Positions 41,150-54,180 of a stretch of 64,000 nucleotides of DNA are shown in pieces (the stretch's first letter is position 1; each line of letters opens with the position of its first letter). Source of the stretch: Octopus sinensis (taxonomy: Eukaryota); assembly GCF_006345805.1 (NCBI RefSeq), contig NC_043001.1, positions 46,500,001 to 46,564,000 of the forward strand. The letters are read 5' to 3'. The position numbers and the translations under genes were made by a program. The notes under the pieces were generated by a model. That model had not been told where the DNA came from and ran no database searches. It worked only from the letters and a program-made list of their open reading frames with translations.

Positions 41150-41861
41150 TACTACTACTACTACTACTACTATGTTCATATTAGCGTCGTGCCCACACAC
41201 TTTGATAACATTCAAAATTGTTTTCACCAAGGGCCTGCTTTTTCGATATTTTAAGCTGGATTTTATAATATATTGAAGTATGTATATACACACACACCTA
41301 ATTAGATGTATATATATACGTATGTATATCTGTCTATCCGTCTATCTATTTTACTCTCTCTCTTCATTTAAACATACATACATACATGCATACATACATA
41401 CATACATACATACATACATACATACATACATACATACATACATACATACATACTACATACATACATACATACATACCTACATACACATACATACATACAT
41501 ACATACAATACATACATACATACATAATACATACATACATACAATACACACACACATGCAAATACATATATCAATACATACACACACATTCACAAACATG
41601 TCCATAACGTCAAAGGCTACAATGAGTGAGGGGCGTCACTGTGCGGTTCCTCTTCCTACGACAAATGGCAACTAATCTCCCCTGAAATCACAGGCAAACA
41701 TCTTTAACAAGGGATGTCTTTAAAAAAGACGGGATGGCCAATGGTAGAATGCCTTTGATTACGTGCCTGCTGAAATGAGAGTTGAACTTGAGTCTAACCG
41801 ACTTCTTGATCATCATCATCACTAAAAAGAACAACAACAACTACTTCTACGACTGCTACTG

Positions 41862-41894
<33 letters not shown>

Positions 41895-42180
41895 TGTTCA
41901 TATTAGCGTCGTGCCCACACACTTTGATAACATTCAAAATTGTTTTCACCAAGGGCCTGCTTTTTCGATATTTTAAGCTGGATTTTATAATATATTGAAG
42001 TATGTATATACACACACACCTAATTAGATGTATATATATACGTATGTATATCTGTCTATCCGTCTATCTATTTTACTCTCTCTCTTCATTTAAACATACA
42101 TACATACATGCATACATACATACATACATACATACATACATACATACATACATACATACATACATACATACATACATACA
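40788..42180. repeat. Direct tandem duplication, period ~753 bp
   Basis: CATGCAAATACATATATCAATAC at 40802 and 41555; unique sequence matches throughout. Confidence 0.9.
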
Positions 42181-44057
42181 TACAGTTTATTTATATTTAA
42201 TTCATTTTCTCGTGACCCGAGTTGAAAGCCAGTGCCATCACCAAGGGCCTGGGTTTTTTCGATATTTCAAGCTGGCTTTTATATATATATCAAAGTGACA
42301 ACACGAAAATAATCAACAAGCACCAGCCTCACAAAATAATGCTGAGCAACTAGCCAATCAAAACGACAGACATACACACACCACTATTATATTAGGGAAA
42401 ATTTACGTGGTTGCTAGACTTGCTAAAATTCGCAGCTACAGTAAATCTTCGAGTATAGTCCGCCCTTAAGCCAGCAATACCTAGTCGAACAAACACTTCC
42501 GCGCATGCGTAATACAATAATGGTGATGTTTTCAACTGTTATATGGGAATGTAAATATGTTTACAAATTGTTTTTGTTATATGTTATTCTATGTTCTGAA
42601 TACTATTATTTTAATAAAAATTGCTTAATGCAAGTTATGGATGATTCTTTTATGACTTCATTGCTTTCAGGCTTAGCTTAAGGTATTTTCACGCCCGACA
42701 TCACAAAATGAGACTCGGACATTGTTTAGAAAATATTTTTCATTTTTAATCTCGTATATAGTACGCACAAGGGATTTTGACCTTTAAGTTTTGGGAAAAA
42801 ATTGCGGATTATACTCGAGAATTTACGGTATATCTGTCACGTATTTTCTTCCCCCCGCCCTATAAAAGAAACAAAAACATTCTGCATCATAATCCTAGAT
42901 GCGACAAGAAAGACAGTTGGACCACGGATTGTATATTTCTGATTATAGATCCGCTAGATTAAGGTTGATCACAAATACCCCCCACCCACACACACACTCC
43001 CACACCTACACACATTCACTCCCTATATACACACATATATATTTAAGGAGAACTGTTTTGTAACCTGCATCTCAAGTTTTATTTATCCCATGTTTTTCAT
43101 TCAACGTTGCTTCGTTAGACAATATTTCTTACTTGGCCAAGCTTTACACACATCAGCATAGAAAACCGTATTTCATTTTCATAAGGATATTTCCCTATTT
43201 ATCAGGCTGTGAGTTGCAGAATAGGTGTCCGAAACCGACGGAGTAAAACGATACCAAAATGCATACATCCTACGATCAAAATGATGTAATTCAAAGCCTA
43301 TCTTGTGCTTTTGCACGTCTGACAGAAGAATTTTTTCTTAAGGATTAGCTCAGTAGCAGCAGGTTTTTTCACGTCCGAGTGCATTCCAATGCGTTCAATA
43401 TGACTTTAATTTCATTCTTAGCAGGCTGTGAGTGACGGATTTTGATTTTGCAGGTGACAGAATGAAAACAACACAGAAGGACATGCGTCATTCACAGCCC
43501 ATCCTATATTTTCATACACGTCTAAGAGAATAATTTTCTCTCGGAACTCCACAGCGGAAGGTTCTTCTCGTGTCCAATGCACTGAAATGTGTTGAATATG
43601 ACTTTACGCGAGCATATTCAATGCTGCTTCGTGTGACATTATGTGTGCATGTGTGTGAGTGTTTTCTTTGAGATTTATCTAAGTTGTTCCTAACGGAGTT
43701 TAAGCCAGTTGCTGATAAAGTGACAAGACTTTTTTGAGTTGAGAGGTCCCGGTGTTTGTAAATATGTGGTTGCGTTTGTGTGTGCATATATATGTAAGTG
43801 TATGCATGTATGTTCTGTGTGAACGCCTCCTTAGTGTTTCGGTCTCGGTTCGTGTGTGCACCATTACTTCTTAAATGTGTGTCCTCGTAGACGTACACTA
43901 GGAAATTTGTGCATATATTCATTCAAAGAATCTCAGACAGGGATTCTTAAGAATGTCTTACAAATTTGCACTGTGCCGCTAACAGATTGAATTTGGAGGA
44001 TGTGCGTCAGTTTCTTTTGCCTTCTATTTTTTTGTGTATATATCCGTTGATATATAA

Positions 44058-44275
44058 GGCGGCGAGTTGGCAGGACCATTAGCACGCCGGGCGAAATGCG
44101 TAGCCGCATTTCATCTGCCATTACGTTCTGAGTTCAAATTCCGCCGAGGTCGACTTTGCCTTTCACCCTTTCGGGGTCGATAAATTAAGTACCAGTTATG
44201 CACTGGGGTCTATGTAATTGACTTAATCCCTTTGTCTGTCCCCTCTATGTTTAGCCCCTTGTGGGCAATAAAGAA
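44058..44275 (+). mobile_element. Full-length SINE family A with a 20-bp target-site duplication
   Basis: ATATATCCGTTGATATATAA at 44038-44057 and 44276-44295; B-box GAGTTCAAATTCC. Confidence 0.95.
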
Positions 44276-44299
44276 ATATATCCGTTGATATATAACCTA

Positions 44300-45030
44300 A
44301 TGTATTCATAATTCAAAGTACAAAGAAAATTCATAGCTAGGATACAAGTGCTGTAAGTTCTGCATTAATTCACCATAAACGTTCTGTTTTTTTTCTGAAC
44401 TTTCGAAGGTACGTCATACCTACTGGACAGCTGACCTCTACAACGGTGCCTGACTTTTGTTCACAGTTCCACAGAAAAATATAATGTCTCTTCCGTTTGC
44501 ACCGGATTGCTGTTTATATTGGAATGTTCCACCGGTATTCTTTATATTTTTAGTTGAGACACCCTTTCATATACCCGTCCGGGCAATCCTTCCTGTAGAT
44601 AAATTTGTAAATAGTTTTAGCAGCTATATCATATCTCACCAGTAAGCGATATCTAGTAGATATTTTGGAGTATTTTTAGATGGTATAAGTGACATTTTCG
44701 ATCCCTACGTGGAGGTTTAATGGCATCGTTGTTTCTCTTGTTTATCAGGTATTTAACAGTCATTTCCTGTTCCTGGATAGCGAAGGCATTTCCTTTTAGG
44801 TTGGATGTAATGCATCAATCATTAAGTCCAGCAGAGGTTATTCTTCCTATTGATGCTGCTGTTATCTACCAATTTGCAGGATATGTAGCCATCTATTGCT
44901 TTTCGCTGGTATGATGGGTAACTCTCTTCCAAATTCTATTTGGGTAGGTCAGTCTAGTCTTCTTTGGGTCGATTGAGACAGTTGTATTCTCAGAGTAACT
45001 GTTCTGTAGTTCTTCCGCCACTCTGAAAAT
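44300..45030 (-). mobile_element. Degenerate REL non-LTR fragment, same family as 17196-17700
   Basis: Minus strand AFAIQEQEMTVKYL, RYDIAAKTIY, TVVEVSCP, YGELMQNLQHLYPSY. Confidence 0.8.
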
Positions 45031-45577
45031 GTTTCTGTCACTTTTGAGTATGCATGTACGAGTTGTTCCTAAGTTGTTCCTAACGGAGTTTAAGCCTTTC
45101 AGTGATATGATACGACATTCAAAGGCTGTTTATACTGATTTTATGCCTCTACCACTATCGCTTTGTCGTATGTAGATCCTATGTGGGTATGTGTTTATGC
45201 ACATGCATACGTACATGCATTTGTACATACATGTGCATTCATAATCACGTTTACATGGCCAAGAATGTATGAAAAAACATATATACACACCGACATAGAA
45301 ATACTCACATACAGAAAACAACAAGAAACGTATGCTCATGTGCTAACACAGGCACACATTCACACACCTATATACACACACAATCTCTTTCTCGCATTCA
45401 CAATCACACGGACGACACACATGCACATATAGTTACACGCTTTGACATGCATACAAGTGTGCACGCGCTCGTACACGTTCAGCCATCACATCTGTCAAAA
45501 ATTTTGCAACGAAATTGTCCACACGAGAATAACTGTCTCAAGGCAAAAATAAATAAATAGATTTAAAAAATAAATAA

Positions 45578-45608
<31 letters not shown>

Positions 45609-45699
45609 GATGATGTTGATGATGATGATGTTGATGATGATGATGATGATGATGTTGATGATGATGATGATGATGATGATAATAATAATAATAATAATA

Positions 45700-45738
<39 letters not shown>

Positions 45739-45824
45739 TAATAATAATAATAATAATAGTTTAAAATTTTGCCACAAGGGCAGCAATCCGTTCTACTATA
45801 GACAAAAAGCTTGAAATTTGGAGG

Positions 45825-46160
45825 GAAGGGACTAGTCGATTACATCGACCCAAGTGTTTCGCTGGTACTTAATTTATCGACACTAAAAGGATGAAAGGCA
45901 AAGTCGAACTCAGAACACGAAGATGGAAGAAATACCTATTTCTTTACTACCCACAAGAGAGAACAAACACCCACACAGAGAGAACAAACAAGAACAGACA
46001 AACGGATTAAGTCGATTATATCGACCCCAGTGCGTAACTGGTACTTATTTAATCGACCCCGAAAGGATGAAAGGCAAAGTCGACCTCGGCGAAATTTGAA
46101 CTCGACGAAATAGCGTTAAGCATTTTGCCCGGCGTGCTACCCATTCTGCCAGTTCGCCAC
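45825..46160 (-). mobile_element. Two SINE family A copies
   Basis: Reverse complement of 44058-44275. Confidence 0.85.
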
Positions 46161-46161
46161 C

Positions 46162-46206
<45 letters not shown>

Positions 46207-46426
46207 TAATAATAATAATAATAAATAATTTTTTAGGTCATCAGCGTTTCTCGGGCTCATCACAGATTTCACATAAGTCACCTGCTCGAAGAATTTCCCG
46301 TTTTCCCGCAATATTTCTAGCCCCAAATGCCTTATTTTATATATCTAGCACTATGTCTTCCTCTGTTTCTAAGTTAAGGGTAAAAATAAAGCAACCCTGC
46401 AAAACACAACTGATCTTTACACGCAG

Positions 46427-46539
46427 ATGCGCAGAATAGCAATCAATTAACGACAGTGGAGTGCACAACAAACATCAGCGATCTGACTGTCGCCTGTACT
46501 CTTGACAAGAGATACCAATTAGACTTTTACATAAACCAG
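46427..46539 (+). CDS. Candidate internal exon (phase 1 to 0), unknown product
   Basis: Acceptor ctttacacgcag, donor CAG|gttcgt; peptide (D)AQNSNQLTTVECTTNISDLTVACTLDKRYQLDFYINQ. Confidence 0.4.
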
Positions 46540-46956
46540 GTTCGTTCATATTAGCCCTAGTTGCGGGAAAATTTTTCGTTCCTTCAAGAATATTGTAGAA
46601 CGGCAACTTTTTATAGATTGGAATTTAAATTCTAATCTCTATAGAAATTTATTGTTTCAAGAAAACATTAAATTTCTATATCTTTTAAATTTTTCAGTTA
46701 TTGATAACAACTCGGGTTGTAACTTCTGTGTGAACGATGTCGACCTCTAAGACGACCGCCAGACTCTGAACGAAAATAACTGAACTGCGACCAGGCTCAA
46801 TAAACGGAGCCCGGGTTATTGACTACAATTACATACTTTTAGTCAGAGTTCGCGGAATTTAGATTAGCTTGCATCTACACGTTCACTTTACTAAATTTAT
46901 ACACGGGCTAAGCCCAAACAGCCCGAGAGCCGGAGTTGCCACTGATACATATATAT

Positions 46957-47112
<156 letters not shown>

Positions 47113-47243
47113 CATACATACATATACATATAGTAGTAACAGAAAAGAGGAATTTCGATTATCCCCACGTGGTGAGTTGTAATGTATATAAGAAATTAAA
47201 AAAGGAAAATACGCACTTACATAGTTTTAATATAATTTTTAAT

Positions 47244-47278
47244 ATATCGACCGGTTTCGCTATCGCTATTCATGATAT
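47244..47278 (-). ncRNA. Minimal type I hammerhead-like motif, A3-U8 variant (mirror copy)
   Basis: Exact reverse complement of 47430-47464. Confidence 0.6.
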
Positions 47279-47429
47279 TATGTTTTACTTATTTGAATAT
47301 ATATTTTTTCTTAAGAAGAAATTTGGTCCATGTTGTGTGTGATGAAATTCACTCGTGAATTTCATCACATTTCTTCTTAAGAAAAATTTCTTCTTAAGAA
47401 AAAATATATATTCAAATAAGTAAAACATA

Positions 47430-47464
47430 ATATCATGAATAGCGATAGCGAAACCGGTCGATAT
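47430..47464 (+). ncRNA. Minimal type I hammerhead-like motif, A3-U8 variant
   Basis: AUAUC-AUGAAUA-GC-gaua-GC-GAAA-CCGG-UC-GAUAU: 5-bp helix I, 2-bp helix II, palindromic helix III loop, GUC triplet. Confidence 0.6.
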
Positions 47465-47699
47465 ATTAAAAATTATATTAAAACTATGTAAGTGCGTATT
47501 TTCCTTTTTTAATTTCTTATATATATATATATATATACACTACATACACACGGATGTAGTGAAAGTACATATAATCAAAACTAACCGACTCAGACGTGCA
47601 ATATCGTAAATAAATATAACTACACATAAAATCGCATATCAAGTAGATAGCATTAAAAAAATAAAGAAGAAGAAAGTAAAAACACCCCAGAACTATAAC

Positions 47700-48030
47700 A
47701 TACGGTCATATGAGAAATTTCTAAAGAATTTAGAAGATCCAAATGATGTAGACGCGCCATCTCTGCTCTAAATGTAGGAAAATTTGCTTACAAACGATCC
47801 AGTGTCAGAAACAATAGAAATTATATTAGACAATGTATATAAACAAATTAGACTAAAGACATTCGCTACAGCATCCACATGAAAGAAGAAGCTGTTAGTG
47901 ATATGTACTACAGAAGTATCCTTTTCGTTGCCCACAAGGCATTTTATATAAACAAGATGGAGTAGTCATAAGTTCTTACTTAAGGCCCACGTTTGCAACG
48001 TTCAACCGCGTTACAATAGAGAACCGAATG
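47700..48030 (+). mobile_element. Penelope-like reverse transcriptase remnant
   Basis: ENLLTNDPVSETIEIILDNVY..KLLVICTTEVSF..DGVVISSYLRPTFA (frameshifted), matching PLE RT motifs 3-4. Confidence 0.8.
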
Positions 48031-48372
48031 GCACAAAACATATATAAGCTGTGAAGCTACTAAGTGACTCAGGAGAGTATAGTTATTTTAAATTTTATTT
48101 ATTTATTTATTTCGCCCCAGCACCAGTCCAGTTCTTTGGCGCAAACATTTTGGTACTTAAATCCAAAGCTATGTAGGCTTCATAGCTAATAAAAAAAACT
48201 AGAATCTACATTAAGTATTAAGACCTATTTCTCCCTTTTAAAGATCAATCCCTCTCTCTCACCCTTCCTCTGTACACTCATACATATACACGCACAAATA
48301 CACCTTCTGCCCCATATATATACATATACATACGTACATGCATACATACATTCATACATACATACATACATA

Positions 48373-48406
<34 letters not shown>

Positions 48407-48438
48407 ATATGTATATTGATAAAGAGACACACACACAC

Positions 48439-48537
<99 letters not shown>

Positions 48538-48680
48538 AACTATTCAAACACGACAGAGATCTAAACTCAAACCTGGAAGTACGTATAATACAAGTAGATA
48601 GCACAGGGTGAAATCTGAAAACGGAAGAGCTTTCTTTATACTGTACCCTACTACGTTCTTTATAGAATATACCACAACTA

Positions 48681-48733
<53 letters not shown>

Positions 48734-48745
48734 TATATATATATA

Positions 48746-48841
<96 letters not shown>

Positions 48842-48900
48842 AAATGGAACAAGAGCGCAGAACATCCAGACAGTTATGTAAAACAAAAAAGGAACAACAA

Positions 48901-49850
48901 TATATCCAGACAGACGATACAAGGAAAACAAGGACGGATCATTCGGAGTTTTCTATCCTCAATCAAGTTCCAGATTATCTTTTCAATTTCGGCTGGTTAT
49001 ACTCGAGATTGTTCCAATCTGACCAGCCCCAAGGAAAAAATAAGCTAATCGCATTATATTCCTTGGAAGAAAGCAGCGAGTGTATACGAAAACAAGGACG
49101 GAAAAAACCCCAGAGAAATGTTGCACAAATACAAATAACAGGACACAACAACAGGTGTCTTTCGACCAAGGACGAATTAAATTAAGCTGGCGTGTATGGA
49201 AGAAAAGCCTTACAAGTAGAGACATAAGATTTAACAGGCACAGGGAGGAATATAGATGTTGCACAGACAGTAGTCAAACCAAGAAAGAAAGGTAAGGCCT
49301 GGTCGAACACCGGTCACGAGGAGGGATAAGAGAGAGAGAGAGAGGTAGAGGCAGAGGGATAGAAGAATTAAGGAGGGGCGGAAAAAAATGAAAGAGACAC
49401 AGTGAAGTGAAAGAGGGAAAGTGAGCATGAAAAGAAGGCCACATGACTGGTGTTCGACCAGGCCTGACCTTTCTTGGTTTGACTACCGTGCAACATCTAT
49501 ATTTCTTCCGTGCCTGTTAAATCTTGTGTCCCTGCTGTAAGGCTCTACTTCCAAACACGCCAGCTTAATTTAATTCGTCCTTGGTCGAAAGACACCTGTT
49601 GTTATGTCCTGTTATTTGTATTTATGTAACATTTCTCTGTTCTTTTTTTCCGTCCTTGTTTTCGTATATATTCGCTGCTTTCTTCCAAGGAATGTAATGC
49701 TCTTAGCTTATTTTTCCTTGGGGCTGGCCAGATTGGAGCAATCTCGAGTATAACCAGCCGAAATTGCAAAGATAATCTGGAACTCGACTGAGCATAGAAA
49801 ACTTCGAATGATCTGTCCTTGTTTTCCTTGTATCGTCTGTCAGGATATAT
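48901..49850. repeat. ~415-bp diverged inverted repeat pair (48901-49317 / 49441-49850) with a purine-rich spacer
   Basis: Arms align as reverse complements with scattered substitutions; (TA)n on both sides. Confidence 0.9.
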
Positions 49851-49865
49851 ATATATGCACACACA

Positions 49866-50006
<141 letters not shown>

Positions 50007-50777
50007 TAGATAGATAGATAGATATTTTATATATGCATGTGTATATATATATGTACACACACACACATATATGTATATATACCACACACATACATGTATA
50101 TTTATCTGTTTATATCCATGTGTGCATTACATATTTTATATGAATGCTTAAAGTATCTGCATATGTACACATGATCGTTTGCCTGTATGCCTCTGTGTGT
50201 GTGTGTGTGTGTGTATGTATGAGTGTGTGTGTTTGTGTGTGTGTGTGTGTGTATGTGTGCGTGTGTTTGTAATTTTAATCGTAAGAATTTTATTTTTATA
50301 TATGTGTATGTGTTTGTGCCTGTTCGAATGAATATGAAAATACCATGCTATGCGTGTATGAACGTGTGTGATTGTATGCAGATGCGTATATGTCTGCGCA
50401 TGTACGTGTGTGTATGTGTGTATGTACGTGTGTGTGTGTGTGTATATGTGTGTACGTGTGTGTGTGTGTATAGGCTGCAGTGAATAAACTAATTAGCGGT
50501 TATAGAAACAAATGCTACTGTTTATGTAGGTGCATGTCAGTTTTGATAGCTAGAGGTCGCTACTGTTTTTGTCTGAATGGATAGAACTGCTTGTGTAAAC
50601 AACAAAGAATCTGAGTATGTGAGTGTGTGAGTGTGTGCGTGTATCTGAGATTTGCATACACACACATACACGCACACACACATGCACACATGCACACATG
50701 CACGCACATACACATTTCTATATATATGTGTGTGAGTGTATATATATATATATGTATATGTGTGTGTGTATATAAAC

Positions 50778-50821
<44 letters not shown>

Positions 50822-51099
50822 CACATGCATATATATATACACATATTTAATGATTGTTATTATTATCATTAGTAGTAGTATAGTAGTAGAAGTATCATCA
50901 TCATAAACTGAAGCTTTTTGAATCCTTACTCAAAGTTTCATGGTGCCGATTATTCACACGATTATGTATAAACTGTATGCATTAGTGACATTATTCCCAA
51001 CATCTTTCTCTCTCTCTTTCTCTCTATATAGACACGCACATTACATACATACATGCGTGTGCGCGCGCACGCACACATACACACACACACATATATATA

Positions 51100-52343
51100 T
51101 CAGGTCATCCCATAAGTTGTGTCCGATTTTACCTTTTTTAAAATTGAATTAAGTTTAATAGTATTTTAGAATGTCTAATGGGATTTAAAATTATTTTTAT
51201 GTATTTGTGTACATTTAAACTAATTAAATATTATTTTACAGAATAATAGAATTAAAATTTCTTTGATTAAAACCCTTTCTAACATAGAAGTATCCAAAGA
51301 GCATTTGAGGTACATAATAATGCATTATGAGTACAAAAGAGGAAACTCTGCAGCCGAAGTGACTCAAAACATATACTCAGTTTATGAGAAAGAATGCTTG
51401 AATGAAAGAACTTGCAGAAGATGGTCTGCAATATTCAGAAGTGGACATTTCAGCCTTGAAGATGAAGATCGAACAGGACATCAAGTTGAGTTTGATGACA
51501 AGCTCCTTGAGGCATTACTTGAAGAAAATCCTGCATTATCAGTTGAAGAATTGGCAATAAAACTTAGTTCAAACCATACAACTGTTCATCGTCATTCTCA
51601 ACAACTTGGAATGGTTCCTAAACTTGGATAATGGGTGCCTCATGAATTGTCCGAAAGCAACTGCAAATCCCGAGTTGACATCTGCTCTTCACTCCATTCT
51701 CGTGAACTCATTTCACCCATTTTGGATAAACTTGTGACTGGTGACGAAAAATGGATTTTCTATTGAAATGTTAAACGTCATAAACAGGGGAAAAGTTCAA
51801 CCACAACCGAGAAGGGAACTTCATAGGAAAAAGGTTATTCTCTCTATCTGGTGGGATTGCAAAGGAGTAATTCACTTTGAATTGTTACCACCTAATGCAA
51901 GAATCAATGGTCAAGTCTTTGAAGAAAATAGACCCGCTTTAGTGAATCGAAAATGAGTGATGTTTCATCAGGACAATGCGCGACCCCACACTGAAAACAT
52001 CACATCACAGAAGATCGAAGAGCTTGGTTGGGAAAAAATTCTTCATCCCCCTCTATCTCCCGACCTTGCCCCTTCAAACTACCATTTATTTCGTAGTTTA
52101 CTGAATCGTTTGGGGGATATAACTTTCGCAAGCCAGGAGGAGGCCGAAAGTGACATTTCAGAGTTCTTCGCTTTGAAACCAAAAGACTTTTACATTGATG
52201 GGATTAAAAAACTTGTAAATAGATGGAAGGAAGTCATAGATAATCAGGGAAAGTACATTGATGATTAAATTTCAATTAAATATAACATTTGATCACTTGT
52301 TTTATTTATTCAAAATTCGGACAGAACTAATGGGATGACCTGA
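51100..52343 (+). mobile_element. Full-length inactive mariner (DD34D) transposon
   Basis: ~30-bp TIRs TCAGGTCATCCCAT(A/T)AGTT, TA flanks, inserted in (TA)n. Confidence 0.97.
51281..52268 (+). pseudogene. Mariner transposase pseudogene
   Basis: WVPHEL, VTGDEKW, HQDNARPH, SPDLAPSNYHLF (third catalytic D changed to N); in-frame stops and internal deletions. Confidence 0.95.
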
Positions 52344-52352
52344 TATATATAT

Positions 52353-52429
<77 letters not shown>

Positions 52430-52659
52430 TATATATATAATATATATATAGTTCTATAATATATATATATCTATATATATATATTATATATATAAACAAA
52501 TCAAATTGCGATAAAATAAAAATAATTATAATCGCTGGTATTACTAACACAAGCCATATATTTTTCATATATATCAGTACATTAATGCGAAATATGTCTA
52601 GGAATACAGAAGCTTGATAAATTAAGTGAATGAAGATAAAAACATTTACTAACGGTAAA

Positions 52660-52730
52660 TCTCAGACTGCAGTTTCTTTCTTTTCAGCAATAAAGATATT
52701 TATTTGCCCAGGGAGAATTCTTCAGTGAGA
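52660..52730 (-). ncRNA. Type I hammerhead ribozyme, unit 1
   Basis: Minus strand UCUCA-CUGAAGA-[helix II]-GAAAC-UGCA-GUC-UGAGA. Confidence 0.75.
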
Positions 52731-53050
52731 CCCTGTTTTTCTGGGATCCTAACTCACTAGAAGCATGTGCGTCTAATGAATTCTCTTCCTAACTAATCAT
52801 ATCACTGCGCAGACTCCGAACGTCCCGACAACACTAGGGAATTCTGGTATATACGCCTGGCGCTCATAATTTATCGAGAAATATGTAAACAAATCAAATT
52901 GCGATAAAATAAAAATAATTATAATCGCTGGTATTACTAACACAAGCATATATTTTTCATATATCAGTACATTGGCGAAATATGTGCTGGAATACAGAAG
53001 CTTGATAAATAAGTGAAATGAAGATAAAAACATTTACTAAACCGGTAAAT

Positions 53051-53121
53051 TCTCAGACTGCAGTTTCTTTCTTTTCAGCAATAAAGATAATTTATTGCCC
53101 AGGGAGAATTCTTCAGTGAGA
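53051..53121 (-). ncRNA. Type I hammerhead ribozyme, unit 2
   Basis: Same core; distal helix II GCAAUAAA/UUUAUUGC. Confidence 0.75.
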
Positions 53122-53441
53122 CCCTGTTTTTCTGGGATCCTAACTCACTAGAAGCATGTGCGTCTAATGATTACTCTTCCTAACTAATCATATCACTGCG
53201 CAGACTCCGAACGTCCCGACAACACTAGGGAATTCTGGTATATCGCCTGGCGCTCATAATTTATCGAGAAATATGTAAACAAATCAAATTGCGATAAAAT
53301 AAAATAATTATAATCGCTGGTATTACTAACACAAGCCATATATTTTTCATATATCAGTACATTAGGCGAAATATGTGCTAGGAATACAGAAGCTTGATAA
53401 ATTAAGTGAAATGAAGATAAAAACATTACTAAACGGTAAAT

Positions 53442-53513
53442 TCTCAGACTGCAGTTTCTTTTCTTTTCAGCAATAAAAGATTTTATTTGCCCAGGGAGAA
53501 TTCTTCAGTGAGA
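53442..53513 (-). ncRNA. Type I hammerhead ribozyme, unit 3
   Basis: Same core and helices I and III. Confidence 0.75.
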
Positions 53514-53835
53514 CCCTGTTTTTCTGGGATCCTAACTCACTAGAAGCATGTGCGTCTAATGATTACTCTTCCTAACTAATCATATCACTGCGCAGACTCC
53601 GAACGTCCCGACAACACAGGGAATTCTGGTATAATCGCCTGGCGCTCATAATTTATCGAGAAATATGTAAACAAATCAAATTGCGATAAAATAAAAATAA
53701 TTATATCGCTGGTATTACTAACACAAGCCATATATTTTTCATATATCATACATTAAGGCGAAATATGTGCTAGGAATACAGAAGCTTGATAAATTAAGTG
53801 AAATGAAGATAAAAACATTTACTAAACCGGTAAAT

Positions 53836-53905
53836 TCTCAGACTGCAGTTTCTTTCTTTTCAGCAATAAGATAATTTATTTGCCCGGGGAGATTCTTCAG
53901 TGAGA
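53836..53905 (-). ncRNA. Type I hammerhead ribozyme, unit 4
   Basis: Same core and helices I and III. Confidence 0.72.
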
Positions 53906-54044
53906 CCCTGTTTTTCTTGGATCCTACTCACTGTGCGTCTAATGAATTACTCTTCATATATATGTATGTATATATGTATTATGTATATATGTATGTATTA
54001 TAATATGTATATGTATATATATATATATATAGACATACACACAC

Positions 54045-54091
<47 letters not shown>

Positions 54092-54123
54092 GTATGTATA
54101 TATATACACAACACACACCACAC

Positions 54124-54180
<57 letters not shown>

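Larger units (their letters stand above)
47185..47523. repeat. Perfect 140-bp inverted repeat (47185-47324 / 47384-47523) with an inner 15-bp hairpin
   Basis: No mismatches found on manual comparison; inner arms 47338-47352 / 47355-47369. Confidence 0.95.
52494..53955 (-). mobile_element. ~3.7 tandem copies of a ~392-bp unit, each containing a hammerhead motif (non-LTR retrozyme-like)
   Basis: Unit starts at 52494, 52887, 53277 and 53669; copies differ mostly by 1-nt indels; (TA)n on both sides. Confidence 0.8.

Noticed and set aside
43200-43510. GGCTGTGA..TCACAGCC ends as a Tc1-like MITE
   Set aside because: The inverted match is too short and no TSD was confirmed
46698-46860. Acceptor followed by IDNNSGCNFCVNDVDL* as a possible terminal exon
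   Set aside because: Phase is incompatible with the upstream candidate exon, and 46720-46760 resembles a decayed copy of the G3-C8 hammerhead repeat
52494-53955. CRISPR array or protein-coding tandem repeat
   Set aside because: Whole units repeat with no unique spacers, the context is eukaryotic, and no ORF is conserved across units
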